Positions 28,700 through 39,423 of a DNA stretch of 64,000 bases are shown here, piece after piece; the stretch's first letter is position 1, and each line of letters opens with the position of its first letter. A program made the position numbers and the translations under genes. The notes under the pieces were generated by a model. The model searched no databases. It saw nothing but the letters and a program-made list of their open reading frames with translations, and was not told the DNA's origin. Source of the DNA: a bacterium. Lineage in GTDB: Bacteria > UBA8248. Location: NCBI GenBank assembly GCA_965203325.1, contig OZ241875.1, positions 1,152,001 to 1,216,000 on the forward strand, given 5' to 3'.

Positions 28700-29878
28700 C
28701 TACTCGACGACCTCGGTGACGACGCCGGCCCCCACCGTGCGGCCCCCCTCGCGTATCGCGAAGCGTAGCTCGCGCTCCATCGCTATCGGCGTGATCAATT
28801 CCACGTCCAGCGACACGTTGTCCCCAGGCATTACCATCTCCCGCCCCTCGGGCAGCGTCACCAGACCCGTCACGTCCGTCGTACGGAAATAAAACTGCGG
28901 ACGGTAGCCGTTGAAAAATGGCGTGTGGCGACCGCCCTCTTCTTTCGTCAGGATGTACACCTCGCCCTTGAACTTCAGGTGCGGCTTGATCGACGCCGGC
29001 TCCGCCAGCACCTGGCCGCGCTCTATCTCGTCTTTCTTCACGCCCCGGAGCAGTACACCCACGTTATCGCCCGCCTGGCCCTGGTCCAGGAGCTTTCTGA
29101 ACATCTCCACACCCGTGGCGACGGTCTTCCTCGTGTCCGTGATGCCCACGATCTCCACCTCATCGCCCACGTTCACGATACCCCGCTCCACGCGGCCCGT
29201 CGCCACCGTACCCCGGCCGGATATCGAGAAAACGTCCTCCACCGGCATCAGGAACGGTTTATCCACGTCGCGGACGGGTTCGGGGATGTAGCCGTCCACC
29301 GCCTCCATCAAATCGTCTATCGAGGAGGTGTCCGTCCCCTCCAGGGCTCTCAGCGCAGAACCCGGCACCACCGGGATGTCGTCGCCCGGAAACTCGTAGG
29401 TCGAGAGAAGCTCGCGGACTTCCAGCTCCACCAGCTCCAGGAGCTCCTCGTCGTCCACCATGTCCACCTTGTTGAGATACACGCAGATGTAGGGCACCCC
29501 CACCTGGCGGGCCAGCAGGATGTGCTCGCGCGTCTGCGGCATCGGGCCGTCCGCCGCCGATACCACCAGTATCGCCCCGTCCATCTGCGCAGCGCCCGTT
29601 ATCATGTTCTTCACGTAGTCCGCATGGCCCGGACAGTCCACGTGCGCGTAGTGGCGGTTCTCCGTCTCGTACTCCACGTGCGCCGTCGCTATCGTGATAC
29701 CGCGTTCGCGCTCCTCGGGCGCCTTGTCGATCTCGTCGAACCCGATCTCCTCCGCCATCCCCTTCTGCGAGAGGTGCCTCGTGATCGCGGCCGTCAACGT
29801 CGTCTTCCCGTGGTCCACGTGACCTATCGTCCCCACGTTCACGTGCGGCTTCGTGCGCTCAAACTTCGCCTTCGCCAT
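28700..29878 (-). CDS. tuf: Elongation factor Tu (second copy)
   Basis: Protein matches the first copy except one E/D difference. Confidence 0.99.
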   Translation of the reverse strand: MAKAKFERTKPHVNVGTIGHVDHGKTTLTAAITRHLSQKGMAEEIGFDEIDKAPEERERGITIATAHVEYETENRHYAHVDCPGHADYVKNMITGAAQMDGAILVVSAADGPMPQTREHILLARQVGVPYICVYLNKVDMVDDEELLELVELEVRELLSTYEFPGDDIPVVPGSALRALEGTDTSSIDDLMEAVDGYIPEPVRDVDKPFLMPVEDVFSISGRGTVATGRVERGIVNVGDEVEIVGITDTRKTVATGVEMFRKLLDQGQAGDNVGVLLRGVKKDEIERGQVLAEPASIKPHLKFKGEVYILTKEEGGRHTPFFNGYRPQFYFRTTDVTGLVTLPEGREMVMPGDNVSLDVELITPIAMERELRFAIREGGRTVGAGVVTEVVE

Positions 29879-30109
29879 GACGCGAATTCTCCTTCTGTTG
29901 AATATTCAAAAAACAATTATCTTCATGGGGAGAGGAACCATTTCCTCTCTACCCTTGCCATTCCCGAAAAACGCGCCTTTATACCCGCTCGGCCGAAACC
30001 TTGTCCATCGCCAAAGGGAAACCATGCGAACCCGAGGGATTCCAGGGCGCTTCATGCGACTCGCAGAATAATGCACGAACCTCGAAATTTCAATGAACTT
30101 CGCCTGCCC

Positions 30110-30185
30110 TGGAGCCCACGACCGGACTTGAACCGGTGACCTCTTCCTTACCAAGGAAGTGCTCTGCCGGCTGAGCTACGTGGGC
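30110..30185 (-). tRNA. tRNA-Thr(GGT)
   Basis: 76 nt, loop TTGGTAA, 3' CCA. Confidence 0.97.
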
Positions 30186-30365
30186 CGGCTACGCCCCGGG
30201 CATGCGAACATCATTTGTTTCAACCGGAGCAACCTCGGCGAACGATGACCTCCGGCATTCGCTCCGGGCGGATAATACAACTTATCCCGTCCAGAGCAAC
30301 CCCGGGAGCCAAAATCCACACGAATGAAACTCATATCAAGAAAAGGCGAAAGCCTCGAATCATCC

Positions 30366-30441
30366 TGGAGCGGGAAACGGGGCTCGAACCCGCGACCCTC
30401 AGCTTGGAAGGCTGATGCTCTACCATCTGAGCTATTCCCGC
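30366..30441 (-). tRNA. tRNA-Gly(TCC)
   Basis: 76 nt, loop CTTCCAA, 3' CCA. Confidence 0.97.
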
Positions 30442-30489
30442 TTCTGAATCCAAAGCGCCCGTCTCAAAGCGTCCCGACTATCTATCTGC

Positions 30490-30574
30490 TGGTGGGGAGG
30501 GGAGGATTCGAACCTCCGAAGGCTGAGCCGTCAGATTTACAGTCTGATCCCTTTGGCCACTCGGGAACCTCCCC
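30490..30574 (-). tRNA. tRNA-Tyr(GTA)
   Basis: 85 nt, long variable arm, loop CTGTAAA. Confidence 0.97.
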
Positions 30575-30740
30575 GGAAAACCGCCGTTCATCAAAACAAC
30601 AACCACAAAAGCTATCAAAAAAACCTTGCGGGAACCATCGACTCCCCGAAGCCGTCACATCCACCGAAGCCCGTATGGAAAAACCGCAGACATTCTCCCC
30701 CGGATTTTCTCCGGCGAGGGCCGGGAGGCGCGTCCCGCCG

Positions 30741-30816
30741 TGGAGCTGGCGAGAGGACTCGAACCTCCGACCTGCTGATTACAAATCAGCTGCTCTACCA
30801 GCTGAGCTACGCCAGC
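30741..30816 (-). tRNA. tRNA-Thr(TGT)
   Basis: 76 nt, loop TTTGTAA, 3' CCA. Confidence 0.97.
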
Positions 30817-30831
30817 CCGCAAAGGCGGGTT

Positions 30832-30860
30832 AAATTAGGCCCACCGACGCACCTTGTCAA
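30832..30860 (-). promoter_or_regulatory. sigma70 promoter for the tRNA-tuf operon
   Basis: TTGACA-17 nt-TAATTT just upstream of tRNA-Thr(TGT). Confidence 0.7.
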
Positions 30861-30950
30861 CCCCCTTTATCCCCCTGGAGAGAGCGAAACGCAAGGAGCG
30901 CGGGGTCGGGGGTTCGACCCCGGATATCAAGGCGCCCACGAGGGAGAGGC

Positions 30951-31715
30951 CTACACCTGAGCCGCGCCCTCGTCTTCCGCGCGATTCTCGCATAATCCGT
31001 GGAGCAGGATCGCCGCGGCGACCGAGGCGTTCAGCGAAGACACCACGCCCTCCTCCATGGGAATCCGCACGCGCACATCGCAATTCTTTAACACGAGCGG
31101 CCGCACGCCCCTGCCCTCCGCTCCGATCACCAGGCAGCAAGGCCGGGGCAATTCATCGACGCCCAGCGTTCTATCGCCTTGCGCATCCGCCGCCAGCGCC
31201 CAGTAGCCCGCTTCTTTGAGCGTCGAGACGGCGCGCGCCAGGTTCGTCACGCGCGCGAGCGGCACGATCTCCAGCGCGCCCGCGGCCGCCTTCGCGGCGA
31301 CGGGCGTGAGGCCCACGGCGCCATCCTTCGGCCAGACCACCCCGCCCGCCCCCAGAGCCGCCGCGCTTCTTAAGATAGCGCCGAAATTCCTCGGGTCCTG
31401 CACCCCGTCGAGCAGTAAAACGGGCGGAGCCGCCGCGGGTTGCGCTTCGATGAGATCATCGAGCGGGAGAAGCGGCGTGGGATGCACCTCCGCCACCAGG
31501 CTTTGATGCTGCGCCGTGGCGGCCATTTTCGCGAGTTGCCTGGAGTCGAGCGCATCGACGGGGATGCCGGATGACTCCGCGAGCCGCACCGCCTCGGCCA
31601 CCCGGCGGCTCCGGCGGCCTCCGGCAATGAGGAGCCGCTTCACCCGCTCCGGCCCGCGAGAGAGAGCCGCCGGCACGCTGTGCGCCCCGCAGACGTATTC
31701 GGGTTTGGGGTTCAA
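30951..31715 (-). CDS. rlmB: 23S rRNA Gm2251 methyltransferase RlmB (SpoU family)
   Basis: LDGVQDPRNFGAILRSA, IGAEGRG, SLNASVAA; next to cysS. Confidence 0.9.
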   Translation of the reverse strand: MNPKPEYVCGAHSVPAALSRGPERVKRLLIAGGRRSRRVAEAVRLAESSGIPVDALDSRQLAKMAATAQHQSLVAEVHPTPLLPLDDLIEAQPAAAPPVLLLDGVQDPRNFGAILRSAAALGAGGVVWPKDGAVGLTPVAAKAAAGALEIVPLARVTNLARAVSTLKEAGYWALAADAQGDRTLGVDELPRPCCLVIGAEGRGVRPLVLKNCDVRVRIPMEEGVVSSLNASVAAAILLHGLCENRAEDEGAAQV

Positions 31716-31786
31716 GGGTTATGCTCTTCGGTGATGGGATGAGACCCGGCGAGACCGCAACCTTCGGCCTCGCCCCCGCGCGGCGC

Positions 31787-33250
31787 TCACGGCACCCTTC
31801 GCTTCCAGAGGGTGCCGTCGGGGCCGTCTTCCAGGACGATGCCGGCCTCTGCGAGTTCCTCCCGGATCCGGTCGGCCTCCGGGAAATCCCTGCTCGCCCG
31901 CGCCTCCGCGCGTTTTTCGAGCAGGTTTTCTATCTCTTCATCGCGCAGGACGCCGTTTTGTTCCTCATCCCCATCCGAGGACAGAACGCCCGCGGTGCTT
32001 CGGAACCACTCCTCGGGCGGGTGGGCGAACAGGCCCAGCACATCGCCCACCTCCTCGAATACGCCGCGCGCAAGGGCGGCTGCGGATTCCGGCAGCGCGC
32101 CCGCCTCGTTGATGAAGCCGTTGATGCGGCGCGCGAAGTCGAAGAGATACCCCAAGGCGCGCGCGGTGTTGAAGTCATCGTCCATCGCTTCGGTGAACTG
32201 GGCGCGGAAAGCGGCGGCTTCCTCCTCTACCCGCTCGCGCCAGCCACCCGTATCCTCCCCGCCGCTTCGCGCGAGCCTGAGCCGCACGTTGTAGAGCCTG
32301 TCCAGCCCTTTCCTCGCCTCACCCACCACCTGATCCGAATAATCCACCGGGTGCCTGTAGTGCGTCCCCAGCAGGAAATAGCGGATCACCTCGGCGGGGT
32401 AGTCTTCCAGAATCGCCTTGATGGTGAAGAAGTTGCCCTTCGATTTGCTCATCTTCTCGTGGTTGATCTGCACGAAGCCGTTGTGCACCCAGTAGCGCAC
32501 CCACTCGTGCCCGAAACAGCCCTCGCTCTGCGCAATCTCGTTTTCATGGTGGGGGAACACCAGATCCTCACCCCCGCCGTGGATGTCGAAACGAGCGCCC
32601 AGATATCGGCTCGACATGACGGAGCACTCGATGTGCCAGCCGGGACGGCCAGGCCCCCAGGGACTCTCCCATTCGGGCTCGCCGGGCTTCGCCGTCTTCC
32701 AGAGGGTGAAGTCGAGCGGGTTGCGCTTGCCCTCGCCCGGTTCGATGCGGTGGCCGGCTTCGAGTTCCTCGGTGTTGCGGCCCGAGAGCTTGCCGTAGTC
32801 TGCGAATTTCTCGATGTCGTAGTAGACGTTCCCCTCGACCTCGTAGGCGATTCCCTTCTCGATGAGTTTTTCGATCATCTCGATCATGCCCTCGATGTTC
32901 TCCGTGGCGCGCGGGGCGATGTCCGCCCGCCGAACGCCGAGCGCATCCATGTCGGCGTAGTATTCGCCGATGAACTTCTCTGTCAGCTCATTGATGGGAA
33001 TCTTGAGACGCCTGGCGCGGGCGATGATCTTGTCGTCCACGTCGGTGAAGTTGCACACGAATAGAACATCGTAGCCGCGGTATTCGAAATAGCGGTGAAT
33101 CACGTCGAAAACGATGGCGGCGCGCGCGTGGCCGAGATGGCAGTGGTCGTACACCGTCACCCCGCACACATACATCTTCACGCGACCTTCTTCCAAGGGC
33201 ACGAAAGGTTCCTTCGTCTTCGTCAAAGTGTTGTATAGCTGCAGACTCAA
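31787..33250 (-). CDS. cysS: Cysteine-tRNA ligase
   Basis: YVCGVTVYD..HLGH, PGWHIECS, KMSKS. Confidence 0.98.
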   Translation of the reverse strand: MSLQLYNTLTKTKEPFVPLEEGRVKMYVCGVTVYDHCHLGHARAAIVFDVIHRYFEYRGYDVLFVCNFTDVDDKIIARARRLKIPINELTEKFIGEYYADMDALGVRRADIAPRATENIEGMIEMIEKLIEKGIAYEVEGNVYYDIEKFADYGKLSGRNTEELEAGHRIEPGEGKRNPLDFTLWKTAKPGEPEWESPWGPGRPGWHIECSVMSSRYLGARFDIHGGGEDLVFPHHENEIAQSEGCFGHEWVRYWVHNGFVQINHEKMSKSKGNFFTIKAILEDYPAEVIRYFLLGTHYRHPVDYSDQVVGEARKGLDRLYNVRLRLARSGGEDTGGWRERVEEEAAAFRAQFTEAMDDDFNTARALGYLFDFARRINGFINEAGALPESAAALARGVFEEVGDVLGLFAHPPEEWFRSTAGVLSSDGDEEQNGVLRDEEIENLLEKRAEARASRDFPEADRIREELAEAGIVLEDGPDGTLWKRRVP

Positions 33251-33340
33251 TGACTCTCTCCGGAAAATCCGTGAATTCAGGCGTGAAAATGCGCTTCAGG
33301 TCGTATCCGGGGGGAATTTGTCATGCCCCGCCGATGGGCG

Positions 33341-33823
33341 TCAAGGAGACTCCACGCTTATGGTGCAAACTGCGTGCGCCGCGACGCCCTCCTCGCGTCC
33401 CGCGAAGCCGAGCCCCTCGCCCGTCGTCGCCTTGATACCCACCCGATCGGGCGGAATTCCCAGAACGGAAGAGATAGCCTCTCGCATCTCGGGGATATGG
33501 GGAGCGAGTTTCGGCCTTTCCGCCACGACCACGGAATCCACGTTCCCCGGCCTCATGCCGCGCTCGGCGAGAAGCGCCACGGCGCGCGCGAGGAGTTCCC
33601 GGCTGTCCGCGCCGCGATACGCTTCGTCCGTGTCGGGAAAGTGACTGCCGATGTCGCCCAGGGCCGCCGCGCCCAGAAGCGCGTCGATGATCGCGTGGAT
33701 GAGCGCATCGGCATCGGAATGTCCGGCGAGACCCCGCTCAAAGGGAATTTCCACGCCGCCTAGAATGAGCTTGCGACCCGCCTCGAAGCGGTGGACGTCG
33801 TAGCCTACCCCGACGCGTATCAT
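33341..33823 (-). CDS. ispF: MECDP synthase
   Basis: [20 protein letters not shown]. Confidence 0.97.
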   Translation of the reverse strand: MIRVGVGYDVHRFEAGRKLILGGVEIPFERGLAGHSDADALIHAIIDALLGAAALGDIGSHFPDTDEAYRGADSRELLARAVALLAERGMRPGNVDSVVVAERPKLAPHIPEMREAISSVLGIPPDRVGIKATTGEGLGFAGREEGVAAHAVCTISVESP

Positions 33824-34584
33824 GTGGAAGCCTCCGCTTCAACATATTTTTCAAGTTCCATCAGCCGCGCCGCGCGCTCGACGTCGCCCGGCGTGGTCAC
33901 CTTGATGTTCTGCGCGCTGCCCTCTACCAGTTTCACCCGAACGCCGACAGCCTCGAGCAGGGCCGCCTCGTCGGTTCCCTCGAAATCATTCTCGTCCGCC
34001 CATTCCATCGCGCGGACGAGCAGTTCGCGCCGCGCCGCCTGGGGCGTCTGGGCGAGCCAGAGGCCCTCGCGCGGGCGCGTCGCCTCGATGAATCCCTCGG
34101 CGTCGCCCGTCTTCACCGTATCCACCACGGGCAGGGCCGCGATGGCGGCGCCCGTCTCCGCCGCGCCGATGAGGCACCTCTCTATCAGATCGGGCGTCAC
34201 CAGAGGACGCGCCCCGTCGTGCACGACGACCCAGGAAACGTCTTCTCCCAGGAGGTCGAGCCCGTTTCGCACCGAATCCTGGCGGCGCGCGCCGCCTTCG
34301 GCGACCTGAACCTCTACGCCAATTCCCTCAGGAAGCTCGGGCGGGTCCGCGCCGGGGGGAAGCGCCATGACGACTCGCCCCACGAGGCCCGCCCGCGCGA
34401 TTCGCAATAGAGCATGATGGAACAGGGGTTTTCCGGCGAGGATTTGGAACTGTTTCGCTACTGCGCCGGGCAGGCGCAAGCCCTTGCCTGCGGCGGGTAC
34501 GATGGCCGCCGTCTCGTCGGGATCCGGCAAAGCAGAAGAAGAGAGCGCGCGCTCAGGCGCCGGTTTGCGATAGTTCGGCTTCAT
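33820..34584 (-). CDS. ispD: MEP cytidylyltransferase
   Basis: [30 protein letters not shown]. Confidence 0.96.
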   Translation of the reverse strand: MKPNYRKPAPERALSSSALPDPDETAAIVPAAGKGLRLPGAVAKQFQILAGKPLFHHALLRIARAGLVGRVVMALPPGADPPELPEGIGVEVQVAEGGARRQDSVRNGLDLLGEDVSWVVVHDGARPLVTPDLIERCLIGAAETGAAIAALPVVDTVKTGDAEGFIEATRPREGLWLAQTPQAARRELLVRAMEWADENDFEGTDEAALLEAVGVRVKLVEGSAQNIKVTTPGDVERAARLMELEKYVEAEAST

Positions 34585-35632
34585 CTCGTATTTTCGTAAA
34601 AATCATCCGCCCGGCGGTGGTCTGCAGGACGCTCGTCACGGAGACGGCGATCTGGTCGCCGATTCGGTTCTTGGCGTTATCCACCACCACCATCGTCCCG
34701 TCATCCAGATAGCCGACGCCCTGGTTGTGCTCCTTGCCCTCCTTGATGACGAACACGCTCATGTCCTCGCCGGGCAGGACGACCGGCTTCACCGCGTTCG
34801 CCAGCTCGTTGATGTTGAGAACGCGCACCCCCTGAAGTTCGGCCACCTTGTTCAGGTTGAAATCGTTGGTCATCACCTTACCGCATATCTCCTTGCCCAG
34901 GAGCACGAGCTTGGTGTCCACCTCCTTCACGCGGGGGAAGTCCGTTTCGACAATGTCGATGTCGAGGTCCTGGTTCTGCTGAATCCGCTGGAGGACGTCG
35001 AGGCCGCGGCGGCCGCGGTTGCGTTTCAGGGAATCAGAGGAATCGGCGATCTGCTGCAATTCCTTGAGCACGAACTGGGGCACCACCATGGGACCTTCGA
35101 CGAAGCCCGCCTCGCAGATGTCGGCGATGCGCCCGTCGATGATGACGCTGGTGTCGAGAATCTTGGCGTGATGGTGTTTCTTGGCGTTTGCCTCTTTTCC
35201 CTGGGCGGGAAGAGACGGTGAATACAGGCTTCCCGCCACCGAGCCGAGAAATACGCCCATACAACTGAAAAGCAGGCCGATGAATGCGCCGGCCAGGGGA
35301 CGGACGTTTTGCGGAAACGCCTCCCCGATAAGAGCGCACAGCAGCAGGGCGGCCAGCAGGCCGAAGAGCAGGCCTGCGGCCCCGCCAGCCAGAACGCCGA
35401 CCTTGAGCTTGCCGAGTTCCCTCGCGAGCGCCAGCAGCAAAACGCCCGTCAAAGCGCCTCCGGCCAGGCCGGCCGCGCGGCCCGCCACGCCCAAAGCTTC
35501 TGTGAGCGCAGCGCCCAGGACGCCGCACAGGACGATGAAGAAAACGCCCAGAATCAAGCCCAGGCGGTTTGGGCCCGCCTTTTTCTCCTTCGGTATCGTC
35601 TCTATCGAGATCTTCTTCGTGGATTCATTCAT
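34553..35632 (-). CDS. Membrane PIN/TRAM domain protein (YacL-like)
   Basis: TM helices, [33 protein letters not shown]; upstream of ispD. Confidence 0.92.
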   Translation of the reverse strand: MNESTKKISIETIPKEKKAGPNRLGLILGVFFIVLCGVLGAALTEALGVAGRAAGLAGGALTGVLLLALARELGKLKVGVLAGGAAGLLFGLLAALLLCALIGEAFPQNVRPLAGAFIGLLFSCMGVFLGSVAGSLYSPSLPAQGKEANAKKHHHAKILDTSVIIDGRIADICEAGFVEGPMVVPQFVLKELQQIADSSDSLKRNRGRRGLDVLQRIQQNQDLDIDIVETDFPRVKEVDTKLVLLGKEICGKVMTNDFNLNKVAELQGVRVLNINELANAVKPVVLPGEDMSVFVIKEGKEHNQGVGYLDDGTMVVVDNAKNRIGDQIAVSVTSVLQTTAGRMIFTKIRDEAELSQTGA

Positions 35633-35832
35633 GTATATTTCCCCCGGAATATCTTATTACGATAAATATTGCCGTGGCATATTATAATAACCTTGTTACG
35701 TAATGATTTCGGACGGAATCCATTCCGCCTTCGATGATGAAGCGCCGGGCTTCCGGTCTGATTCCGGCAGGTCGAGTGGAGGGCGAAGCGGGGCAGGCGT
35801 ATCGTCTCCCCAAAATAAGAAGCGAAAAATGG

Positions 35833-36318
35833 CTATTCTTCATCCAGCATGAAATCTCCGCTCTTTCCTCCCGTTTTTCTCACCAGCCGAACATCCGAGA
35901 GCACCATGCCCTTATCCACCGCCTTGCACATGTCGTAGACGGTAAGACCCGCCACGCTCACGGCGGTCAGAGCCTCCATCTCCACACCCGTTCTGTCCTG
36001 CGCGCGCACGGCAGCCTCGATGCTCAATTCGCCGGGCGGCTCATCGGCCGAGAAGTCTATTTCCACGCTCGTTAAACGCAGCGGATGACACATCGGGATG
36101 AGGTTCGCACACTGCTTCGCCGCCATGACGCCGGCGATTCGCGCCGTGCCCAGTACGTCGCCCTTGGGCAGACCGCCTTCGAGAATCAGCCGCAGGGTTT
36201 CGGGCGCCATCTCGAGGCGGCCGCGCGCCACGGCCTCGCGGCGGGTGACTTCCTTATCCCCCACGTCCACCATGCGGGCGCGGCCCTGCTCGTCGATATG
36301 AGAGAGTTCCTGGGGCAC
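35833..36318 (-). CDS. moaC: Cyclic pyranopterin monophosphate synthase MoaC
   Basis: [32 protein letters not shown]. Confidence 0.97.
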   Translation of the reverse strand: MPQELSHIDEQGRARMVDVGDKEVTRREAVARGRLEMAPETLRLILEGGLPKGDVLGTARIAGVMAAKQCANLIPMCHPLRLTSVEIDFSADEPPGELSIEAAVRAQDRTGVEMEALTAVSVAGLTVYDMCKAVDKGMVLSDVRLVRKTGGKSGDFMLDEE

Positions 36319-36480
36319 GGACGACGCCTCCCGAGCAAACCGAAGAAGCGGGAGATTTCGCTTCACGGGCGGAATGTATGGGATCATCATACAACAGGAG
36401 CGCGAAACATCAAAGGGAAAAGAAAAACAAGGGGTTTGGGGAGGGGGCAGGTACAGGCCGCGCTACAAAAACAACATGGC

Positions 36481-37035
36481 CTACAGCTTCGCCAGCGTGA
36501 GGCCCTTTTGTTTCTGGTATTTGCCCTTCTTGTCGGCGTAGGAGGTCTCGCACTCCTCGTCGCTCTCGAAGAACAGCACCTGCGCGATGCCCTCGTTCGC
36601 GTATATCTTGGCGGGCAGGGGCGTGGTGTTCGACACTTCGAGGGTGACGAAGCCCTCCCACTCGGGTTCGAAGGGCGTGACGTTGACGATGATGCCGCAG
36701 CGCGCGTAAGTGCTCTTGCCGACGCAGACGGTGAGCACGCTCCTGGGGATGCGGAAATACTCCACCGTCTTGGCGAGGGCGAAGGAATTGGGCGGGATGA
36801 TGCAGGTGTCGTCCTTGACGTGGACGAGCGAGCGCTCGTCGAAATTCTTGGGATCCACGATGGTGGAGTTCACGTTCGTGAAAATCATGAACTCATCGGC
36901 GATGCGGATGTCGTAGCCGTAGGAGGAGACGCCGTAGGAGATGGCGCCCTCGCGCACCTGCTTGTCCTCGAAGGGCTCGATCATCCCGTGCTCGCGCGCC
37001 ATCTTCGATATCCACCTGTCCGACTTGATCGACAT
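36481..37035 (-). CDS. dcd: dCTP deaminase
   Basis: [30 protein letters not shown]. Confidence 0.96.
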   Translation of the reverse strand: MSIKSDRWISKMAREHGMIEPFEDKQVREGAISYGVSSYGYDIRIADEFMIFTNVNSTIVDPKNFDERSLVHVKDDTCIIPPNSFALAKTVEYFRIPRSVLTVCVGKSTYARCGIIVNVTPFEPEWEGFVTLEVSNTTPLPAKIYANEGIAQVLFFESDEECETSYADKKGKYQKQKGLTLAKL

Positions 37036-37058
37036 CGCGTGAACCTCGTCTCCCGGGA

Positions 37059-37258
37059 CGCTTCGTGAAAACCCGGATTCCACCCGGAAACGAAAACGAC
37101 CGATGCGCGAAATCCCGGGGGTGAAATTCCCGAGCACATAATATCTGGGGGCGAGAGGAGACCAACTCCCCCCACCCCCAGACGACCTCCCCTGTCCGCC
37201 CGAAACGGGGGAGACCTGACAAGCGCTTCTCCGGTCCGAAGCCCGAGAGACGCGCTTG
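37059..37258 (-). ncRNA. Structured 5' leader of dcd (candidate cis-regulatory RNA)
   Basis: Five consecutive hairpins; G-U pairs work only on the minus strand; cUUCGg loop. Confidence 0.55.
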
Positions 37259-37299
37259 GGATTCGCTGTAGTCATCATGCTTCGAGGAAAATCATATAA

Positions 37300-37357
37300 C
37301 CACAAGATATAGTGGCGCGTCAACGATTTTTTTGCCCAAAACCACAATTTCTTGTGG
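37300..37357. promoter_or_regulatory. Tandem NrdR-like boxes
   Basis: CCACAAGATATAGTGG (37300-37315) and CCACAATTTCTTGTGG (37342-37357), 42 bp apart, flanking a minus-strand TTGACG -35 (37318-37323). Confidence 0.75.
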
Positions 37358-37416
37358 ATAGGCCGTGGAATATCCGGGGGTATCCGGGGGAGAAGCTGTG
37401 GAAAAAATGTGAATAA
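37353..37416. promoter_or_regulatory. Cluster of DnaA-box-like 9-mers
   Basis: TGTGGATAG, TGTGGAAAA, TGTGAATAA in the same orientation. Confidence 0.5.
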
Positions 37417-37441
37417 AACGCGATGCCGGTCGTGCGACGGA

Positions 37442-38296
37442 CTATTGGAACCGATCTGCGTGAACCTTGACTTTCGCTCCCTCGCGCAAGCGCCTGAGCA
37501 GCGCCTCGTACCTCTCGTTTCGCTTGATCTCCGAATAAACGAGCTTTACGTCGTCTTTCACGTCTTCAAACTTCGCATCCGCAGCCCCCACGCGCTCGAG
37601 CACACGTATCACCTGCCAGCCGGCGGACGTTCGAATCGGGTCGCTCGGCTGGCCGATGGGCAGTTTGAACGCCACATCCTCAATCGCTTTATCCAATGCG
37701 CCCCGCTCGGCGGTTCCCATCATCCCGCCCGCATCGCGCGTACCCTCGAATATCGAGCGCTGCTTCGCCACCTGCGCGAAAGGCGTCCCTTTTCTGAGTT
37801 CGGCGACGGCATCCCAGGCCTCCTGTTCGGTTTTGAGCACGATGTGGGCGAGGGTGACCGCTTCCCTGCGGCGAAACCGCTCCTTGTTGGCGAGGAAGAA
37901 ATCGCGCAACTGCTGCTCGGACGCACTCGACGTCTCGGCGTCGCGTCTCAGGAATTCCTCGATGACGAGCCTTCGCTTCAACCGCGCTATCCTTTTGCTG
38001 ATCTCGGGAGATTCGTCGATTTTTTGGCGAATCGCTTCCTGGTAGAGAAGTTCCCCCTGTACGATACCTTCGAGAAACCGTTCCTTGCTCTTGCGGATGC
38101 GGATGCGCACGGCGGGCGCCAATTGTCTGAGTCTCGCTTCAATTTCCCCCAGGGTGATTTTCTTCTCGTTCACCTCGATGACGACCCGGCCCAATTCCTT
38201 CACCGCGGGGCCGGCTTTCCTGCTCGCCCCTTCGGCGCCCAGGCCGCATGACAATGCAATTGCTGCGATCAACGCGAATATCTTTTTCATGCCCAT
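37442..38296 (-). CDS. Exported PpiC/parvulin-type peptidyl-prolyl isomerase
   Basis: Signal peptide, [30 protein letters not shown]. Confidence 0.88.
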   Translation of the reverse strand: MGMKKIFALIAAIALSCGLGAEGASRKAGPAVKELGRVVIEVNEKKITLGEIEARLRQLAPAVRIRIRKSKERFLEGIVQGELLYQEAIRQKIDESPEISKRIARLKRRLVIEEFLRRDAETSSASEQQLRDFFLANKERFRRREAVTLAHIVLKTEQEAWDAVAELRKGTPFAQVAKQRSIFEGTRDAGGMMGTAERGALDKAIEDVAFKLPIGQPSDPIRTSAGWQVIRVLERVGAADAKFEDVKDDVKLVYSEIKRNERYEALLRRLREGAKVKVHADRFQ

Positions 38297-38401
38297 CTCA
38301 TTCCCTTTCCCTGCGAACCTCTGGAACTATCCGGAACCATCGACCCTTAATATACCGGCAAAAGGCGCCGAGCGAAAATTAAAATTTTCGTATGAAGGTC
38401 T

Positions 38402-39364
38402 TCAAACGAAATAAGCGAAAATGAGCGCCAGGTAGCATACATATCCGGTCAGGAACATGATCCCTGCCCTGCGCCCCATGCCGCGCTTCAACAAGGCGAG
38501 AAGCAAGAACATCAGCATCAGCAAGAGCATGAACGGGAAATCCAGAACGAACGATTGATGCTCTATCCCCAAAGGCGCGATGAGAGACGCCCCGCCCAGC
38601 ACCCATGCGATGTTCAGGACGTTCGCCCCCAGCACGTTGCCGACGGCCATGTCCCCATGACCGCTCAAGGATGCGGAGACGGCCGTGATCAGTTCGGGCA
38701 GCGAGGTGCCGACGGCCACGAGCGTAAGGCCGACGATGAGTTCGGGAACGCCCATGGCGCGGGCGAGATGCACCGCGTTCTGAACGAGCAGAACGCTGCC
38801 GAAAACGACCGCCAGCGAGCCGGCGATGAAACGCAGCCCGATATGCTGCTGTTCCCGGTCCGTCACGGCGCTCCCGATATCGAAATCCGTCCACGTGGCC
38901 CGCTTCATGGTGAACCACAGATAAACGGGCACGAAAACGAACAAGACCACGCCCTCGACGCGTGCGATTTCTCCGTCCCAGCCCAAGGTGAGGAGCAACA
39001 CGCCCATCATCAGCATGAAGAGGCCTTTCGGCAAAACGTCCGCCCGGGCGAGGGACACGGGCTCGAGCAGGAACGCCACCGCCAGGATGAGTCCGATGTT
39101 GCAGATGGTGGAGCCGACCGCGTTTCCCACGGACGTGGCGGGATGGTCCAGCCAGGCCGCGATGACCGAGACGCTGAACTCGGGCGCCGTCGTCGCCAGA
39201 CTCACCAGAGTGGCGCCGATGATCACCTTGGGAATTCCCGTGATTTCGGCGACTCCCACCGCGCCGTCGGTAAACCAGTCGGCGCCTTTCGTGACGATGA
39301 GCAGGCCCGCGGCGAAGAAGATGAGATTCGCCCAGATGGGAAAACTTGCGAAATATGCTTCCAT
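38402..39364 (-). CDS. Calcium/sodium antiporter (YrbG-like)
   Basis: Two alpha repeats: ATTAPE..GNAVGSTICN and GTSLPE..GNVLGANVLN. Confidence 0.92.
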   Translation of the reverse strand: MEAYFASFPIWANLIFFAAGLLIVTKGADWFTDGAVGVAEITGIPKVIIGATLVSLATTAPEFSVSVIAAWLDHPATSVGNAVGSTICNIGLILAVAFLLEPVSLARADVLPKGLFMLMMGVLLLTLGWDGEIARVEGVVLFVFVPVYLWFTMKRATWTDFDIGSAVTDREQQHIGLRFIAGSLAVVFGSVLLVQNAVHLARAMGVPELIVGLTLVAVGTSLPELITAVSASLSGHGDMAVGNVLGANVLNIAWVLGGASLIAPLGIEHQSFVLDFPFMLLLMLMFLLLALLKRGMGRRAGIMFLTGYVCYLALIFAYFV

Positions 39365-39423
39365 CCTCGAGAAGCGTCCTTTATATGGCTATACGGCGCC
39401 GGTTCCGAATCGCCGGGGAACGG

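Noticed and set aside
35640..35705. AT-rich palindromes (TATTATAATA) upstream of the PIN/TRAM gene
   Set aside because: Consistent with an ordinary promoter; no assignable operator.
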